Source: a virus
Lineage: Duplodnaviria > Caudoviricetes
DNA: 30,216 nt
Reading direction: 5' to 3' (one strand)
Virus record (IMG/VR): IMGVR_UViG_3300025251_000053
Coordinates: 1-30,216 of that record
The notes below the pieces were generated by a model. That model worked only from the letters and a program-made list of their open reading frames with translations, was not told the DNA's origin and searched no databases. This document shows, piece by piece, positions 27,585 to 30,216 of this stretch (position 1 is its first letter; every line of letters begins with the position of its first letter). The position numbers were made by a program, and so were the translations under genes.

Positions 27585-27661
27585 AGTCACTGGTATCTTT
27601 TCTAGCCATTGGCTAACGTGTTATAGTGCGAGGCTCGGTGCGTCTGAGTCACTGGTATCTT
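27585..27661. repeat. 15-bp direct repeat AGTCACTGGTATCTT (2 copies)
   Basis: Exact copies at 27585-27599 and 27647-27661, flanking the palindrome at 27602. Confidence 0.85.
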
Positions 27662-27674
27662 AAAAATTTGGCAC

Positions 27675-27702
27675 AAAAAAAAGGGGAGCAATTAAGCTCC
27701 CC
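27675..27702 (-). terminator. Rho-independent terminator after the 179-aa gene
   Basis: GGGGAGC-ttaatt-GCTCCCC followed by T8 on the minus strand. Confidence 0.9.
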
Positions 27703-27709
27703 AATAGTT

Positions 27710-28249
27710 TTATTTGATTGCTTTGAGCAATTCCAAAGTATTCTCTAATTGCTCTTGCTTGTCGAAGTCATCGACTTTTTCAATCTCTTTCTTGACTGCC
27801 GTCTTAAGCTTGGCAATCTCATCTTTAACACGTGTAAAGATATCACGAGGCGTATTTGCACCACCAGAGATTTGCTTGACCTTGCGGTTCTCGATGGCTT
27901 GTCCTAGCTTGTTAAGACCAGAGGTAATTTGGCCTTTCCAATGCGCTTGGTTCTTAGGTTTGCCACCTGTAGTAAAGTGACAGCCATTGTGATCTGGCGC
28001 CGTGTCATGGCCTTGTGCGTTCTTATTACTGATAAGCTTGATTGCTTCAGGTGTGAACCTAAGCGCAAATGCATCGCGTAAAGCTTGTCGATCATCACCT
28101 TGAAGATCCTGCTCACGTGTCCAACCAATCTTTATCAATTGGTCAATCAACGTTGACGATCTTTTCTGGCTGGCCTTGTGGCCTTTACTATCTTCCCTCA
28201 CAAGGTGAAGTGTTCGGTCGCATAGTACTACGTTTGTATTGTTTGGCAT
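27710..28249 (-). CDS. Hypothetical protein, stand-alone transcription unit
   Basis: 179 aa; SD AGGAGG; two palindromes upstream; terminator downstream. Confidence 0.75.
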   Translation of the reverse strand: MPNNTNVVLCDRTLHLVREDSKGHKASQKRSSTLIDQLIKIGWTREQDLQGDDRQALRDAFALRFTPEAIKLISNKNAQGHDTAPDHNGCHFTTGGKPKNQAHWKGQITSGLNKLGQAIENRKVKQISGGANTPRDIFTRVKDEIAKLKTAVKKEIEKVDDFDKQEQLENTLELLKAIK

Positions 28250-28532
28250 AACTGCCTCCTATAAATATGCTAGCCATTGGCTAGCGGTTACATCGTCTCA
28301 AGGTTTCCCTTGCCGATAATTATTTATAACACGTGATAACGTGTTACCCTATGATATAGCGGAGTTAGCCATTGGCTAGACCATACCCGCCCCCCATGCC
28401 CCACTTTTGCCAGACTAGTTACATACATGTATATGTATTACTATTTTCCACAAATAATTACCGAAATTTTGAGTTTGGCGACCCCACACCCCCCTTATAT
28501 AGGAAGACCCCCCTATAGGAGTCCCAAAATCC

Positions 28533-28560
28533 TTTACAAAAAAATTTTTTATATTATAAC
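28533..28560 (+). promoter_or_regulatory. Possible promoter for the terminase operon
   Basis: TTTACA-N16-TATAAC upstream of ORF 28593. Confidence 0.4.
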
Positions 28561-28592
28561 ATGTTTATCGGCTAACAACCTGCGATATAGAA

Positions 28593-29207
28593 ATGACTCT
28601 AGTAGTAGAACCTGAATTAGGTGTAAAAATAGATAAGAATACACCCTCTATTGATCTTAAGGATCGTATGGAGTCAGCAGCTAACACCGCAAAAGAGCTT
28701 GGTGAGCATGGGTTAAACGTAGAACCTACCAAGGAAGATAAGGATGTAGCAGCAAAACTTGCCGTTGCATACGCAGATAACCCAGAAAAGACCTCTAAAA
28801 AGGCCACACCCAAGAAAGTAGCCACACTTACACCCGCATCTTTGATCCTTACAGACAGCATTTTGCAGGAATTTGGTCGTTCCGTGGTAGAGAGCTCGGT
28901 GCAGATACGTCACCTTGTGACAAATAAGCTACTATTGGAGACAGATAACCCTGATCCGCGCGTACGCATACGTGCATTGGAGCTTTTAGGTAAGATTAGT
29001 GACGTAGGGCTGTTCGCAGAGAAGTCTGAAGTGACAATAACGCACCAGTCTACGGATGATATTAAGGAAAAACTACGAAGTAAACTCGCAAAACTCGTAA
29101 ATCCGCCTCAAGAAATAGAAGATGCGATAGAAATTGACGGTGAACCCGTAGATGTGAGTAAAGAACTCGGTATTGACGACTCCGAAGAGGGGTTTGACGA
29201 TGAGTGA
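28593..29207 (+). CDS. terS: Putative terminase small subunit
   Basis: Directly upstream of and overlapping terL; RIRALELLGK...GLF motif typical of TerS oligomerisation helices. Confidence 0.65.
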   Translation: MTLVVEPELGVKIDKNTPSIDLKDRMESAANTAKELGEHGLNVEPTKEDKDVAAKLAVAYADNPEKTSKKATPKKVATLTPASLILTDSILQEFGRSVVESSVQIRHLVTNKLLLETDNPDPRVRIRALELLGKISDVGLFAEKSEVTITHQSTDDIKEKLRSKLAKLVNPPQEIEDAIEIDGEPVDVSKELGIDDSEEGFDDE

Positions 29208-30216
29208 AGCTGCTTTGGCCTTCACTGAAGAAGAAATCCAAGTAATGTTGGACAATTTAGACCATTATAGCACAGATGAAGTGGCAGAGATTGACCGTAT
29301 GGTCGATGAACTGAGTGTTCGCAAAGAAAACACCCTTGCTTATGATGATCTGATTGAATTTTGTAAGAGGATGCAGCCTGACTACATCGTTGGGAAGCAT
29401 CACAGACTATTAGCAAATATGCTTATGGGTATAGAACGAGGAGATAAAGACCGTATATGTGTAAACATACCACCACGTCATGGTAAATCTCAACTTGTGT
29501 CTATATTTTTCCCTGCATGGTTTTTAGGAAGGAATCCGAACAAGAAGGTTATGATGGTGTCTCATACCACAGACTTAGCGGTAGATTTTGGACGTAAAGT
29601 ACGTAATTTAATCGCTACAGATGAGTATTTATCTATATTTCCCACAGTTAGGTTGGCTTCTGACTCTAAATCAGCGGGTCGTTGGAACACTAACTCTGGA
29701 GGTGAATATTATGCGTGTGGTATTGGTTCTTCTATTGCTGGGCGGGGTGCTGACCTCCTGCTCATCGATGACCCACATTCTGAACAAGACGTCATCAATG
29801 GAAATTTCGAAGTGTTCGAAAAAGCCTACGAATGGTTCACATTTGGGGCGCGTACTCGGCTTATGCCTGGAGGTCGCGTTGCCATAATACAGACACGTTG
29901 GCATATGGACGACTTAACAGGACGTGTTGTACGGGATATGGGGCAGAATGAGCGGTCAGATCAATATGAGGTAGTCGAGTTCCCTGCAATACTAGATGTT
30001 GTAGACGAGAAAACAAATAAATCTGCTCAAAAACCCCTCTGGCCTGAGTTTTTTGACTTGGATGCCCTACTCAGAACAAAAGCGTCTATGCCTGTATTTC
30101 AGTGGAACGCGCAGTATCAACAAGAACCCACCGCTGAAGAGGCTGCTTTGGTCAAACGGGAGTGGTGGCAGATGTGGCAGAAAGAAAGCCCCCCTGCATG
30201 TGAGTATATTATCATG
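29200..30216 (+). CDS. terL: Terminase large subunit, 3'-truncated (not in ORF track)
   Basis: ATG 29200, open to the window end; Walker A RICVNIPPRHGKS, Walker B GRGADLLLIDDPH, IQTRWHMDDL coupling motif, WNAQYQQEP. Confidence 0.95.
   Translation, partial: MSEAALAFTEEEIQVMLDNLDHYSTDEVAEIDRMVDELSVRKENTLAYDDLIEFCKRMQPDYIVGKHHRLLANMLMGIERGDKDRICVNIPPRHGKSQLVSIFFPAWFLGRNPNKKVMMVSHTTDLAVDFGRKVRNLIATDEYLSIFPTVRLASDSKSAGRWNTNSGGEYYACGIGSSIAGRGADLLLIDDPHSEQDVINGNFEVFEKAYEWFTFGARTRLMPGGRVAIIQTRWHMDDLTGRVVRDMGQNERSDQYEVVEFPAILDVVDEKTNKSAQKPLWPEFFDLDALLRTKASMPVFQWNAQYQQEPTAEEAALVKREWWQMWQKESPPACEYIIM

Larger units (their letters stand above)
19913..28379. repeat. Ten dispersed copies of palindrome TAGCCANTGGCTA (putative operator)
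   Basis: 15-mers at 19913, 22631, 24206, 25602, 26808, 27030, 27438, 27602, 28270 and 28365; none noticed outside the early region. Confidence 0.9.

Noticed and set aside
27277-27663. ORFs 27277-27465 and 27475-27663
   Set aside because: They translate the iteron, AT-tract and palindrome region; likely non-coding.
9386-28251. Plus-strand ORFs within the replication and early genes
   Set aside because: They are antisense to well-supported genes and have no independent evidence.
19913-28379. Palindromic repeats plus a Cas4-like gene as a CRISPR system
   Set aside because: The repeats are 13-15 bp, irregularly spaced by up to kilobases and separated by genes. Solo Cas4-like nucleases are ordinary phage replication genes.
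29073-29904. Short ORFs listed in the track at the right end
   Set aside because: They overlap terS or the terL frame starting at 29200, which the track missed because it has no stop inside the window.

Overview
The window is about 30 kb of a tailed dsDNA phage genome, probably a podovirus-type phage because internal-virion/ejection-type genes close the structural module. Host and taxon cannot be assigned from sequence alone. It has four parts. (1) 1-9216, + strand: end of the virion module, including a 2106-aa protein with an HExxH zincin motif. (2) 9295-19848, - strand: replication module with AEP primase-DUF927 helicase, SSB, HTH protein, SNF2 helicase, HNH-like protein, Cas4-like nuclease, family A DNA polymerase (Leu762 type) and VRR-NUC nuclease. 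(3) 19932-28249, - strand: early region with a MoxR-like AAA ATPase, a DUF2201 metallopeptidase-vWA protein, a DUF3150-like protein and many small ORFs. (4) 28593-end, + strand: terminase small and large subunits. The most striking signals are not in the ORF track: ten copies of the palindrome TAGCCANTGGCTA, mostly at early gene starts; a co-oriented 19-22 bp motif GGCTCGAYGCTTCGGCAAG embedded in unrelated genes; a 59-codon ORF with a strong SD overprinted inside the giant virion gene; an inverted iteron array around an AT tract (candidate origin); and a candidate pseudoknot RNA in the primase leader. All assignments are by-eye motif recognition; no database searches were run.
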